Source: Lama glama
Taxonomy: Eukaryota
Direction: 5' to 3'
NCBI GenBank assembly: GCA_028534125.1
Contig: CM052832.1
Coordinates: forward strand, 19,842,001 to 19,906,000
Length of the DNA stretch: 64,000 bases
Positions 40,570 through 53,000 of this stretch are shown here, one piece after another. Under the pieces are notes generated by a model. That model saw only the letters and a list, made by a program, of their open reading frames with translations. It searched no databases and was not told where the DNA came from. The position numbers and the translations under genes were made by a program. Position 1 is the stretch's first letter; every line of letters begins with the position of its first letter.

Positions 40570-40985
40570 AAAGACATAAATTTAAACATTCAAGGAGTTC
40601 AGCAAAGCCCAAGCAGGATCAATACAAAGAAAACAATATCCCGGCAAGCTCTGTCGACTGCTAAACTCTAAAGATAGAGAGGAAATCTGGAAAGATTCCA
40701 GAGAACATTACAGAACGGAAAGCAAAGATTCAAAAGAGCTCTGATTTATTCTTAAAACGGTGGAGCCCTGAAGCTAGTAGAATGCCAGCTTTAGAGTGAG
40801 AACATCTCTAAAGAATGAAGACAAGAAACAAGGACACTTTCATATAAAAGAAAACCACAAGAATTTGTTACCACGAGATTTGCACTACGTGAAATTCTAA
40901 AGGAAGTTTTTTAGATTTAAGGAAAAGGAGGCCAGATGGAAACTCCGATTCTCAGGAAGGAATAAAGAACCCCCCAAAATGTTTT
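40570..40985 (+). mobile_element. L1 ORF1 remnant
   Basis: aaagacataaatttaaacattcaaggagttcagcaaagcccaagcaggatcaatacaaagaaa (KDINLNIQGVQQSPSRINTKK) ... agaatttgttaccacgagatttgcactacgtgaaattctaaagg (EFVTTRFALREILK). Confidence 0.8.
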
Positions 40986-42699
40986 TAAAACCCACAATAA
41001 TGCAGTATTTAAAAAATCTGTATAACTAGATACTAAAATGAAATGTTTTAATTTTTTCCACATCACTGTTTTCAACTATGCTTGTAAAAGTTCTACCTAA
41101 TTGACCTTAAGACATCTCAGCCAACCACCCTGGCTCTTCAACTTTCTCAGCAGTTGAAAAAGTTATTTCAATCTACTTGACTTCTTAATCTCAGATCTAA
41201 TTAACACTCACTTTCCCCTTTCCATTCCTGCCAGTAAAATTTTGGCTGACAACTAGGAGTAGGGGAATACTTGTGGCCTGTTCCATCACTCCTCTTCTTT
41301 CTCTTTTCTGTGTCCCTTTCTCTTATGTTGCTGGAGGAAATGAGCAAAATGAAATAAAGGCATAAAATATTGTTTTATTAGCAATTACTGTGATTGTCTT
41401 TTTCGGTTGCTCATCTCTGGGCCTATGTCACAGGTATTCAGACTCCAGTCATGTGCTGGGACCTATGTCACAAGGATTCAGAGCCTGACCATTTCTTTGG
41501 GCCTGTGACCCATCTCATGGTTCATCTCATAGGCTGGATCTGTGATGAGTTTTTAAGGAAACTCTTCATTTTGACATTCATCAGTACCTCCTCAGCTACA
41601 TTTTCTGGCCAGGTATTCTACAGCTACCTACTTCTGGGAAACCCTTTTTGCCCAGGTTTTATAAAATACAGGATTGTACTTATCTAGACTTGGCTGGGAT
41701 GCTCAAGACTGTCTTCCTTCTTCTATGTATATTTAGCCACAGAAAATCTCTCAATCTGACTACTCAAAACTTGTAAAATTGCAGGTAATTTCACTGCAGT
41801 GAATTTCCTTTCTCTGCTCAGCCCTTTATCCTCACCCCTTATCTCTTCCTCTATTTAAAAGGACAGAAGGCAGATCAGAAATCTCCTCCCAGGTGGATGA
41901 ACAATCAGGAATGAGATGACAATCTTTCTTTTAAACCTTCTTACTTGACTGTAAGGAGAGGATAAAAATACATCTCCATCTTACTACCAGGCAGGAAAAG
42001 AGAGAAAAACCACAGGACTTTCCCTCTAAGCCAGTATCTCACCACTCCACATGTATCCTTGAGTTTCTTCATATTTTAGAACTTTCGCTAGAAGAGATTA
42101 ATGAGAAAATGACACTAAAGAATAATTTAGGCATTTAGGTGGCTATTGTTTCAATTAAAAGTATAGAATTACAGAGTTTTTTCTGGTAACTAATATACAT
42201 AGCTTATGGAAGAAACAGACTTTAGATAAATTGCATATAATAACAGCTCACAGCTAGTAAATGGCAGAGCCTGAAATAGAAGGCATATTTCAAGACTCAG
42301 TTTCCACCTATCACTAAAGATGTAAGTGTAAACTAGTCTACAAAATCAGTGTAAGTCCATATGCCTGTCTATGTAAGTTACTACCTAGTAATCCAACCTG
42401 TATTGGAGTAAAACAAGCACATCTGATTGCAAATCCGGATCAATTTAATTATCATAGGTCAACTCTAGCCCCTTAAAAAAGAACAGATTCTGGAACAGAG
42501 GTGATTTAATATCTTCTAATCAACAAGTATTATGGTTATAATATGCCTTTTCCAGCCATATGCCTGAGTAGTCATCCTAAAAATATCTCCTAACTCAAAA
42601 CAAATACCAAAGTATATCAAATATCTTATCTAATGTGTAGCTGAGGTCCCATGAAATAATGGAACTTGATACTCCTAATTAAAAATGTGTTTTAAAAGA

Positions 42700-43850
42700 A
42701 GTCATAACCTACTAGATTAAGGAAAATGAGAGAGGGAGCAACAGCATGCACATTTTGGAAGACAGGAAGCATTACACTTTGTGATAATGGAATTAACAGC
42801 CCTCTAGAAGCTGAATTCTAAGATGGCAGTGGGGAAAGCCAAGAAGTCACTCTATTTATACCATAGAATCCTGCCCCTAAAAGGCTCAGGATTTAGCTAT
42901 ACCAGGTACCTAGCGAATGAGATAAAGTTGGGAATATATAAAAATACAGAGGTTCATTGAAATCTGCACAAGAAGCAGAAGTCCCAGACTTCTTCCCACA
43001 CTTTGGCAGTAGGCAGGAGGTTTACACTGTGGAGTTTTAAGTCTCTGGTTTGGCCAACACTAGGCCCAGCCGTAGTTAGGGTGTGTGTTGAAAAACACTA
43101 AATGCTGAGAATCCAACAATTTTCTCTTAGTCAGCACTCAGAATGCTGGTAGCCAGGCCCATACATTCCCAGCAGGGTATTATAGGTACTTTGTACAACC
43201 TAACCAGGCAAAGGGGAACCATGTAGAGATACCAACATGTAGAATTTTCCACTTGCATTTTTTTCTTGCACTGCCATAACAATGCAGTTTACATAACCAT
43301 AACTGGGTGGTTTAAACAAAAAACATCTATTGTCTCACATTTCTGGGGTCCAAGGGTCTGAACTCATGGTCTTGGCAGGGTTGGTTCTTCTAAGGGCTGT
43401 GAGGGGAGGGCCTATTCCAGATCTCTCTCCATGGCTTATGCATAGTCCTGCATCTTTGCACATCTTCTATACGTGTCTGTGTCCATATTTTTCCTGTTTT
43501 ATAAGGAAATCAGTCATATTGAGTTAGATCCCACCTTAATGACCTCATTTTAACTTTATTACTTCTCTAAAGGCCCTATCTCCAAATGGCGTCACATTGT
43601 GAGGTACTGGATGTTAGAACATCCACATACCTATGTTGGTGTAAATACAATACAACTCATTACACCAACAAAACCGCTAAGCTCCATGAATATACACAAA
43701 ACTTATGATCTTCTTATTAATGTCTCACTTTTAAATATAAGTAGACAAAAAGACCGAGAAAATGACTTTGAGGAAATAGATATACACAATGAAGGATAGC
43801 AAGAAAAAATTTTTGGACAGATACAAGAAGACACTAGCAAGCAAGAGCAG
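42700..43850 (+). mobile_element. Ancient L1/HAL1-like 5' region, interrupted by an MLT1 LTR
   Basis: gagcaacagcatgcacattttggaag...gaagctgaattctaagatggcagtggggaaagccaagaag resembles old L1ME/HAL1 5' ends. Similar sequence resumes after 43660. Confidence 0.45.
43253..43665 (-). mobile_element. MaLR solo LTR (MLT1B/C-like)
   Basis: ctgccataaca...ctgggtggtttaaacaa...tattgtctcaca...ggcagggttggttcttct...ttataaggaaatcagtcatattg...cccaccttaatgacctcattttaact...ccctatctccaaat..gtcacattgtgaggtactgg. Confidence 0.9.
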
Positions 43851-44287
43851 GTGTTCTAATTAAGCCAGGGTTTAGCCACAATTCTCTTCCTATGTGGGTT
43901 TTTTTCCCTTCTTCTTCTTTTTCATTTTCGTAGATCTAAGAACTGAGAAACTTTGTTCACATAAATAAGCAGATGAGCATGGAAGAGATTTTCTTGTTGC
44001 TCTTGATTACTTGAGTTCCCTCTATTGCATATCAAAAGCCACAGAGATCTATCACAAAATTTTTTAGACAAAAGTGAACTAACCAAAGGATTAGATCCCG
44101 CTACAATTTTGTTAAAAGTAAAGCATTATGAACCACATTCCCTGCATACAGTTATGTAATGCAGTCTTTAGAGTTGTCGGTTTTCTCTAAATAAACTATA
44201 ATGTTTCAAACCGTCCTTTTGGTACTCAAGGAACTTTTATATTTTGGAGCAGTGTTCCATGGTGAGATTCTGAATGAATATACAGGT

Positions 44288-45000
44288 TTTTATTCTATTT
44301 TATTTTTTATTTTGCTTTAAATTAACATATAGAAACATTTACTTATCTGTGCCTACAGCTCTGTGAACTTGAACACCATGTCATGTAAACACCATGATAG
44401 TGAGGAAACAGAACAATCAGCCTCTTCCGCCTCAAAAGCATCTTTGTGTTACCTTGATGCCTTGTAGTCACACTCTCCCACACCTTACCTCGCCTTTGGC
44501 AAATAGTGATCTGGTTTCCAAACTACGTATTTGTATTTTGCATAATGTTATATAAATGGATTCTTATAATATGTAACATTTTGAGTATTTTTTCACTTAG
44601 CATAATGCCTTTGAGATCTACATAAGATCATTCTTTTTTGTTGCTGAGTGGTATTTGACTCTTTGAATGTACCACAGTTGTTGACCCATTCATCCATTAG
44701 AGGACATGTGGGTTGTTTCCAGTTGGGGGCAATCATGAGTAAAACAGCTATCAACTCCTGTTTGTAGGTTTTTGTGTAAACATGTGTTTTTATTTCTCTA
44801 AGATGAATACACAGGAGTGGGATTGCTGGGTCATATGTCAAGTATATGTTTGATGATTTTAAAAAGTGCCAAAACTGTTTTCAGAGTGACTATACAGTTT
44901 CACATTTTTCCAGCAATTTATGAGAGTTCCCATTGTTTCACTTCTCATTAGCACTTGATAATGTCTGTATTGTCTATCTTACTCATTCTAATATGTTCAT
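44288..45000 (-). mobile_element. L1 (L1MC/L1MD-type) 3' end
   Basis: Minus ORF 44593-44841 MTYDPAIPLLCIHLREIKTHVYTKTYKQELIAVLLMIAPNWKQPTCP...EWVN is an L1 ORF2 C-terminus. T-rich tail at about 44290. Confidence 0.9.
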
Positions 45001-45399
45001 GTGAAATGAGAAAAAAGGTGATTTTGAAAGGAGAAATGGGAAAGGAGAAACAGCATGACACCTCAGCCATAAGCACCTTCTCAGGCAGGTCACCTTAGGA
45101 AAAAAATAATGTGGAAGTTGAAATTAATTGCTTCTATTTAAAATACTTATGCTCACATGCCCTATGGAGACATTATATCTAACCCTAAGGGTACCTTTAC
45201 CAAAGTCTAAAGAGCTGCTCTCAGAAAAAAAAAAAATGTTCACATTTATGTATAAAGGTATTTGGACAGGAATGGTCATTGCAGTATTGTAAGAGCAAAA
45301 AACTAGAAATAACCTGAATTTTATGAACACCACAATGACTGAAATTGACAAACAGAATGGTTGTTTAGGTACAGAATGGTTGTAAGTGTATCAGTTGTT

Positions 45400-45576
45400 T
45401 ACCCTCCTGATCACAAGGCTGCCTGAGAGCTATTGTACCACATATCATTAGCACAGGAAAATATCAAAATTCAGAATTTGAAGTACAGTTTATACTGAAT
45501 TCATATCACTTTTGCACCATTAAAAAGTCAAAAAACAGTCATAAGTTGTACCATTGTATGTCAGGGACCATCTGTA
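45400..45576. mobile_element. Tigger-family DNA transposon terminal fragment (MER82-like)
   Basis: tcaaaattcagaatttgaagtacagtttatactgaattcatatcacttttgcaccat...gtaccattgtatgtcagggaccatctg followed by TA (TIR plus TA target). Confidence 0.7.
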
Positions 45577-45759
45577 AATGTATGTTGCTAACTCCAGAGA
45601 ACCCACTAAAAAAGTCAAAAAGAAGTATTTAGAACTGACATATTAAGAAAGGAGGGAAATGAAATCATGTAAAATTCTCAATTAAAACTACAAAAGGCAG
45701 AAAGAGTGTATAAGACTGCCACAAATGCAGAGGGTGAATAAACATATATATATATTTAC

Positions 45760-46050
45760 CAAGGGAACTGAAACTACTCTGTGTGAAACTACAGTGGTGG
45801 AAACATGTCATTATATGTTTGTCAAAACACTTAGAATGTATGAATTCAAGAGTGAAAACTAATGTAAGTTATGGACTTTAGGGGATAATGGTGTGTCAGT
45901 GCAGGTTTATCAATTGTAACAAATGTCCCACTTCGGTGGGGGGGAAAACGTTATGCATGTGTGGGGATAGGGGATATATGAAAACTCTAATTCCTGCCCA
46001 GTGTTTCTGCAAACCTAAAACTGCTCTAGAAATAAAATTTGTTCACTTAA
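45760..46050 (+). mobile_element. L1MC-type 3' end fragment
   Basis: gaaactactctgtgtgaaactacagtggtgga...gtgtcagtgcaggtttatcaattgtaacaaatgtccc...aaacctaaaactgctcta. Confidence 0.85.
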
Positions 46051-47023
46051 CAAAAGTAAAGAAATGTTAGTGATTGATGGGAAAGTATGAAAATGCAATC
46101 AGAGACTATTATACCTGAAATTTCTACAATTGTAATATTTCTTAAGCTCAGTGGTAAATACACAAATATTTATTACATAATTCTTTATGCCTTTTTGCTT
46201 ATCTGAAATATTTAATAAGAGGTATTCAAAATGTCATCTTATCCTTTTCTTGCACTATCAGCTTTTTTTCATGTACATTGAATGATGCAATCCATTTCAA
46301 CTTCATGTTCTTATATCATACTCCATTTAAGTCTCTAAATCTTAGAATTGATTTTCAAAAAAGGAAGCATTAAATATTGATTACAGTTTTCAAGGCTGAT
46401 GATATTCTTTATTTCCAGAGATTTATTTTTGGATTTAGGAAGCAACAAACAATAATTCTAAGAAATCAACTTTTGAAGCTAATCTTGATGAAATTCAAAT
46501 GATAAGTCCAGTGTGAAAAGCAACTTTTCAATAACAAATTCATTATAAATATTCTTAAATTCTTAGTTGGCTAGTTCTTTATTAGTGAGCTAGGCCATGA
46601 AAACAGTTGCTCTAATTAACACAATGGTATAGTGACTTAATTGCAGCATAATATTGTTATCATTTTATCCGTGTACTATACTTTCTATGTGACTTGAATT
46701 TCTTTGAGCATTGTTACTCAATAGAAAAATTAATATAAATTGATTAGCTATGGAAAGGGTGAAGTTCCACTTCATCCTAGAATATTAATTGCTACTATGT
46801 TTGCCTTTTGTATATATTTACTGAGAAGCTAATCTTTGAGATTCCTGAGGACAGAATATCTGGTTCAGCCATGTAGCCAGCACTTTTTAGGGTATCCCCT
46901 CTTTCCCCAAAGTAAATGGTCATTTGTTGAATGACTGAATGAATAGTCAAGTGAATGAAGCTTATTGAAGCTTTTTAAAAAAAAATCATTTGCCTTGTTT
47001 TTAACTGCAACCACAGTCACTTC

Positions 47024-47233
47024 TTGACCTGCTCCATTTTTGACGTGGCTGGTTTGACCCATCCCTAGGCAGCCTACTGGTCCCTCTCTCCAGGGAGGTC
47101 ACAGATTGATGCCAAACTTAGCATGGACACCTGATCAGTGGAGCAGCACTACAGCCCAGATTCTTGGGCTCAAGCATCCTTCTTCCTCAGCCTCCAGAGT
47201 AGCAGGGACTATAGGCAAGCGCCATTTACACCC
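47024..47233 (-). pseudogene. 7SL (SRP) RNA pseudogene, 3'-truncated
   Basis: The reverse complement, gggtgtaaatggcgcttgcctatagtccctgctactctggaggctgagg...ctgggctgtagtgc...gatcaggtgtccatgctaagtttggcatcaatctgtgacctccctggagagagggacca...gcctaggga...atggagcaggtcaa, is collinear with the 7SL 5' Alu domain plus S domain up to GAGCAGGTCAA. Most CpGs have decayed. Confidence 0.92.
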
Positions 47234-48376
47234 CATAATCACATGTATAGCTCAGTATGTTACTCGTTTAATTATTTTATACCTTTGAGCATTTCTTTGT
47301 ACTATTTTTAGATGATCTTTCTCATTCACATTTCCCAGCTGACTTGTTTCTGAACAATTACATCAAGGTCTTGATGTCAGTTTACCCATTTGAGACATTA
47401 TTTTAGACATGGGTGAGCTTCAGCTAACTTCTAGGGCTCTGCCAATCACAACCAAAAATGGCCCGAGACAGCACTGTGTAAATGCCAATAATATTATCCT
47501 AGTTTTGCAGATGTTTAGATTTATCTGTATCAAATTTGACTGTGATACGTGTCTCCATGTATAATGATCCAGAGCAAAAGCATGAAAGCTGTTCTTAAAA
47601 GAAAAAAGAGAGAGAGAAGACATTCTGAATCTGTACTGTAAATTATACACTATACAAAATCAGTCCAAATTGTTCAAACCCTTGGACACTCACAGTGTTA
47701 TTATGCTCACTGCTCAGAGAACTGTATAATTATCCCAGTTAACAGCAATTTGCTAGTGCTGATCTCCTAAGAAGAGATGCAAGACTTACAGAACTAAAAT
47801 AAGTACAGATGTGGGTCCCTGTTTTTGTTCTCTGGCGCTGCATGTGAAAAACAACCACTTAATTCCAGGCTCTTTTCATTTCCCTAGTTAAGATGTTAAG
47901 CTAGATGGATCAAGGGGCTGCTTGGTAAATTTCAACAGTGAGCTTGAAGACAAAGTGTCTCAACAGCTTTATGTGTCTCAAAAGCTAAATTCTCTTAATG
48001 GGACATGAATTTTCCTTACGTAATGAAGAAAATTTATTTATTCCATTGTATCTTTTTCCTTGCTCAGCATCAGAAAACGCTTTTTGAAAATGCTTTGGTT
48101 TCTGGTGACGCTTTATTAGAATTTATTATAGTGTCAGAAAATAATGAGGGAAAAAACAAACTGATGGGAAAGTGGATGGGAACTAGGCAGGTCTAAAACC
48201 ACGTCCCTTCTTCTAAAAGGGAACCAGACCTAAAATGGTGCTTGATTGAAATAAATACAAGTAAAATGAGTGAAACCAAATTGTAGCACTAATATTATTC
48301 ATTATCCCCCTTTACCCTGGCTTTTTCACTGATCAGAGAAGAATTGGGGTATCCAGAAGGAAGTCATTGCAGAGTC

Positions 48377-48525
48377 TATAAAACCTTCTCCTGAGTACAT
48401 AAACCTCACTCTCCCAGCGGCTCCTCTGGGTCCTGTAAATCAGTCTTCACTCTTAATTGTGTCAATTAACAGCGCCCTGAGTAAGCCACAGGGGCAAAGC
48501 TGAGAAGTCGGAGGAGGAGGTAAGT
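48377..48525 (+). promoter_or_regulatory. Candidate TATA+Inr core promoter with a non-coding first exon (48408-48519) and GT donor
   Basis: TATAAAA 48377-48383. Inr TCACTCT with its A at 48408 (TATA at -31). Donor GAG|GTAAGT, GT at 48520. No ATG in the exon. Confidence 0.45.
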
Positions 48526-49384
48526 ATCCAGCAATTCTCCTGACATAATGGAGACGAACCTAAATTATACACTTTATCATAATGGCATTACTAACCTGAA
48601 TATCACTGCGGATGATTCGTTCCTGTCATAATCATGGGGGAACCCTGCAAGGCAGCCTGAAAGAGAATCGGCTCCTCAATTTTTATCGTTTGATTTGACA
48701 CATTCTGTCTTAGATATAATAGCAAGTTAGGTGTGTGTGGCATTGGTCATCCATCTCGAAAGGTTGCTCTTTTAAATCCAGCCTGGATCAACGTGACCAA
48801 AAATCATGGACATTTAAGCATAGTTAACAGGGGGTTGTCGGGAATGAGGCTGTTTTTACCCTGAACTTATTTCTCAGTTAGTTACTCTGTAGTAACTGGA
48901 GCTAATAGGACAGTTCTCCATGGGCAAAATGAATCTGAGAGTTTGAAGCAGTGACCTAGATAATCCAGGCAAACTGCCCACTTTTGCCTGGAGTGTCAGG
49001 AAAATTGCTCTAATTCCCCACTTCACTTTGATAGTGGAAGCCTAGTTGGTTTTCTGCAGTGTCCTATTAAGCTCTGAGCTCCTCTTCTTAGCCTATAGGA
49101 TGCAGCTGAGTGTGTCACTTGGCGCTGACTCTATGTAGCTCTGGCTTTGATTGTTATTGAACTGGATGGGACTGAAATAATAATTCTGTTGAACTCAGGG
49201 GAGCTGTACAGTCATGCTCTACAGTCCAATCACTTTTGTGTCATTTAAAACGATGCTTTGTGAATAGCAATAACTGGATGCTTCAATCCTGGTCACTCTT
49301 GGTTATTTCATCCATTCTACAGATATTTATCAAGTGACTATTACATCCCTGTTGTAGTCAGCAGTAGCCGTATGTACATGGCTA

Positions 49385-50030
49385 TAGTAGTAATTGCTCT
49401 CTTTTTTTTGGCCACCAGCCCCTGAACATCCTTCATGTGTTTGGGAAATTCCCCCCATTGTTTGCTTCCTGCTGCTCTCTCAGGAAGGCATTTTCTTGCT
49501 GTTCCAGCCTCACATTTCAGGGATGATATAGGCTAAATGTTGAAGAGGAAGCTGGTAAAGCAAAGAGTCAGGCATTTTGTGGGTGGTGGCAGCTCTTGGC
49601 TCTGGAGTAGCAGAGGGTCGAGGAAGTATCTTTAAGTGCTCAGCATTCCCAGTGTCGGTGATAGAAGCTGAAGGCTTGGTGCTCAGGGTAGCTGCAGTGA
49701 TATCTCTATTGAACTAGTTCTACCATGTGATTTGGGGCTTTGGTCTTGGCTGTGCAGCCATGATAACTGTTCTCTCGAATGATCCACAGTCTACACGATA
49801 TTTTTTTTAATTGAAGTATAGTCAGTTTACAATGTTGTGTCAGTTTCTGGTGTACAGCATGTTTTAGTCATCCATATATATACATAGATTCCTTTTCATA
49901 TTCTTCTTCATTATAGGCTCCTACAAGATATTGACTATAGTTCCCTGTGCTATACAGTAGAAACTTGTTGTGTATCTATTTTATTTTTCTGAATAAACTA
50001 GCTAGAGTTGGTTTTTCTTATTTGAGATTA
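49385..50030 (+). mobile_element. Old ERV-L/MaLR-class LTR (LTR33-like) interrupted by an L1 3' end
   Basis: tgtgatttggggctttggtcttggctgtgcagcc...|...ttttctgaataaactagctagagttggtttttctt. Confidence 0.55.
49800..49985 (-). mobile_element. Young cetartiodactyl/camelid L1 3' end (5'-truncated)
   Basis: ttttaattgaagtatagtcagtttacaatgttgtgtcagtttctggtgtacagcat...ctacaagatattgactatagttccctgtgctatacagtag. Confidence 0.9.
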
Positions 50031-53000
50031 CATGTTCAATGGGGAACCCAAGACAGAGTGGTCATATTTCCTGAGGGAAGAAGGGTGTCGGGGATGGAAT
50101 TATGTAGCTGAGGTTCAAGTGCAGTTTGACCAAGATTGCGTGGACACAGTAGAAATTTGGTCTTTGGATGTCTGATTGAAATGCAGATGCAGAGAAGAAT
50201 GGATAGATGGATGACAGGTGTCAAAAGTTGTAATTATGAATTGTGATGCTTTGCTGTTCCTGAAAAATTAGGAGATTTCAAGTTAAAAATTTGGAGGGCT
50301 GAGTGCCCTTATAATATTAGGGTAGTTAATGCAATAGACATGCCCTCAAACTTCAGCAGCTTGACAAAATAAAAGTTTCTCAGTCATGTCAGAACCCAAT
50401 GCTGGTGCAGCCCCTCCCTAGGATAGTTCTCACCCAAGAGGGAACTTGAGTCACATCAGCCAGAACACCTAGCCTCCAAAGCCACTAACTGTGCCACTAA
50501 CTGTGGCAGGGGAAGACAGGGAGGAAGGGACAAACTATAAAGATCCCTTCCCTGTGGGTATGCTAGGTATCTTGATTATGTCCTAGTCCTCTCTGTTGGA
50601 AGAGCTTCGTCCCTGGTCCATTTCTTTCCAGGAACCCTGGCACATCACTTATTATTGCAACAAGAAGGGTTTTTTTGTGCAAAGAAACAGATGCATTTCA
50701 ATCTCTACGGGTAAGATTCACGCTTACAACTAGATATAGGGGAGTTACTTCTGTGTATCTTTCACTTATTCTATTCTGTGATGAACAATAACTTATGATC
50801 AAGACACCAACACAGATTTCCTTTCCCACTGAATCAGACCAGAATTAAAAAGGTCATCCTGTCCTCAGTTTACCATAGCCCCCTGAGCTGTACAGATATT
50901 AGTTTAATTATCAATATTTGTGTTGGTGGCAATATTTAGTAGTGATCTAATTCTGTCCATTAATTCACAATACTTTGTATCGACAGTCACTGAATGTTCA
51001 ATAGGCTGGCTAAAAATGTGAAAAGAAGAAAGGCTATCATGTTATTCTCTTTTCAACTCCTAGTTAAGGTATTTGGACAACACACGAAAGGAGTTTTCAG
51101 ATAAAAACACTTTGGGGGAGTAGAAAATGCCATTAATTGTAACACACTGAATCTCTCCTTTTGCAGCTATGCTGCTCCAGGAAGACATCCTCACTTAGAA
51201 TTGTTTTGTGTGATAAAGAAAGGTGGGGGCAGGAGAGAGTGTTTTCACTCAATCACCACGTATACGTATCTGTAGATGAATGCAAGAGGACCACACGCAG
51301 TATGTACAAAGAAATTTGATGTGGTACAGGATATTTACATCTGAGTACAGTAATTAATCACTCAGGACAGCCAAATTAACCTAACTAGGGGATGTTAAGA
51401 ATAAACCGGACCTTAAAAAAAAAAAAGAAAAGCAGAGGAAAGAGACTGGAAAGCTTTGTGACTTCCTGGCATAAAATGAAATACTTTAACCGAAGGTAGG
51501 ACCTGTATAGAATGTTAGAACTGCCCCCTTCCTCCCAGAGCCGTTCCCATCTTTACACTGGCTTGGAGTACAGTTAAGACAGTGCATGACTATGATCAGT
51601 TTTCAGTGAACCCGGCCTGAGACATCAGATTAAATGTTCTTTTAGAATTTGCCAAAATACCAAGTCATTTGTTTATGGTATATACTACCATATAGATTAC
51701 TCAATGAACAATTACCCAATGACAACATGGGTGCCATATTTCCTTCCCTTCTCCTGAGAGGCGTATCATTCATCTGCAATAATCAGGTTGTCATTTAAGA
51801 AGAACTGCTGTTTTTATTTCACAACAGACTCCTCTGTGTTTATTTGAATCTTGATTTTTAAAATGTCCTCTCAATAACTGATTATTCTATGTTGACACTG
51901 AGTTTTCTGCTTCTTTCTTTTCCCCCTACAACCTTTGTTTAGGTATCACATCCAAGAGTTTCTAAAATAGTTTAATTTAATTTTCAACCATTAATAAATT
52001 CTAATATATTGTTAATTATTATTTTCTAAAGGTTAGCTATATTTATCTAAGATTTTGGATTGTTTACCTGAAGAATTAGATTCAGCAACTCTTACTTACT
52101 TTAGAAAAGATTTCCTATTGGTCATTCATAATAATAATTTTTATTATGTGGAATTCCTTGTTTTTTTCCACTTTTACATGGATTTTTTTGAGAGTACAAT
52201 AGATTGATACAATTTTAAATAAAGTAGTTTGGTTTCTGATAAAGCCTCCTAAGAAAATTATGTCAGTTTTTCTATGTAACTTAATGTTCTGGTTAAGAAA
52301 CGAAACAGGCAAACAAAATCTTAACACATTTTCCACTTAATGAGGCAATGTTTAAATTCTCCTGTCAACTTTTGTTTCTAGATTTTGTTCCAGTAATCAT
52401 GTCCCTCAATTAACAATGAGATAGATGTGAAAACAAATTTGCCTGAGGATTTCTGAATCCTAATCTAGAAAATGTTAGTCATCAGTTAAAACGTATTGAG
52501 TGAAATCTTGAAGTGGTTCAACTTAATTCTTATCACAAAGATTATTTTTAATGATGGTAATTTTTATACAGCAAACATCTTACAAGACCTTAAAATTGAA
52601 ATGGAATAATTGTAAATAATTATCATCCTTCTGAGCCCTTAGTTTAAAAGTAATGAAGGAAGAGAAATATATTTTGCATTTTAAAATTATTTAGGAACAA
52701 GATTTCTTTTTGTGTGATCAGTTTTTATACACTTTAAGTATCTTTAATTAATTCCTTTTAAAAATATCATCCATGAAAAATGTTAGAGAGCACAAATTAT
52801 CTTAAATTAATGGAGCCCTTAAAGGGAATACCCAAATGTATTGGGTGTCTGGGAAGTGTCCAGGTAAGGGCTAGATGTTCAGTCATACTTCAGACAAACC
52901 CATCTATTCTACACCTTATTGGAAGGACTCTCAGTTTATAACCTGGGGGGTACAATATTTTTGATGTACCCATGTACCCAGTTTAATTACATGCCTTCCA

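Noticed and set aside
47140..47233. Alu element or primate contamination
   Set aside because: The Alu-like part continues into the 7SL S domain, which Alu lacks, so it is a 7SL pseudogene.
50481..50504. 12-bp tandem duplication gccactaactgt x2
   Set aside because: It is real, but it lies in what looks like a decayed MLT1-type LTR, so it is an ordinary slippage event.
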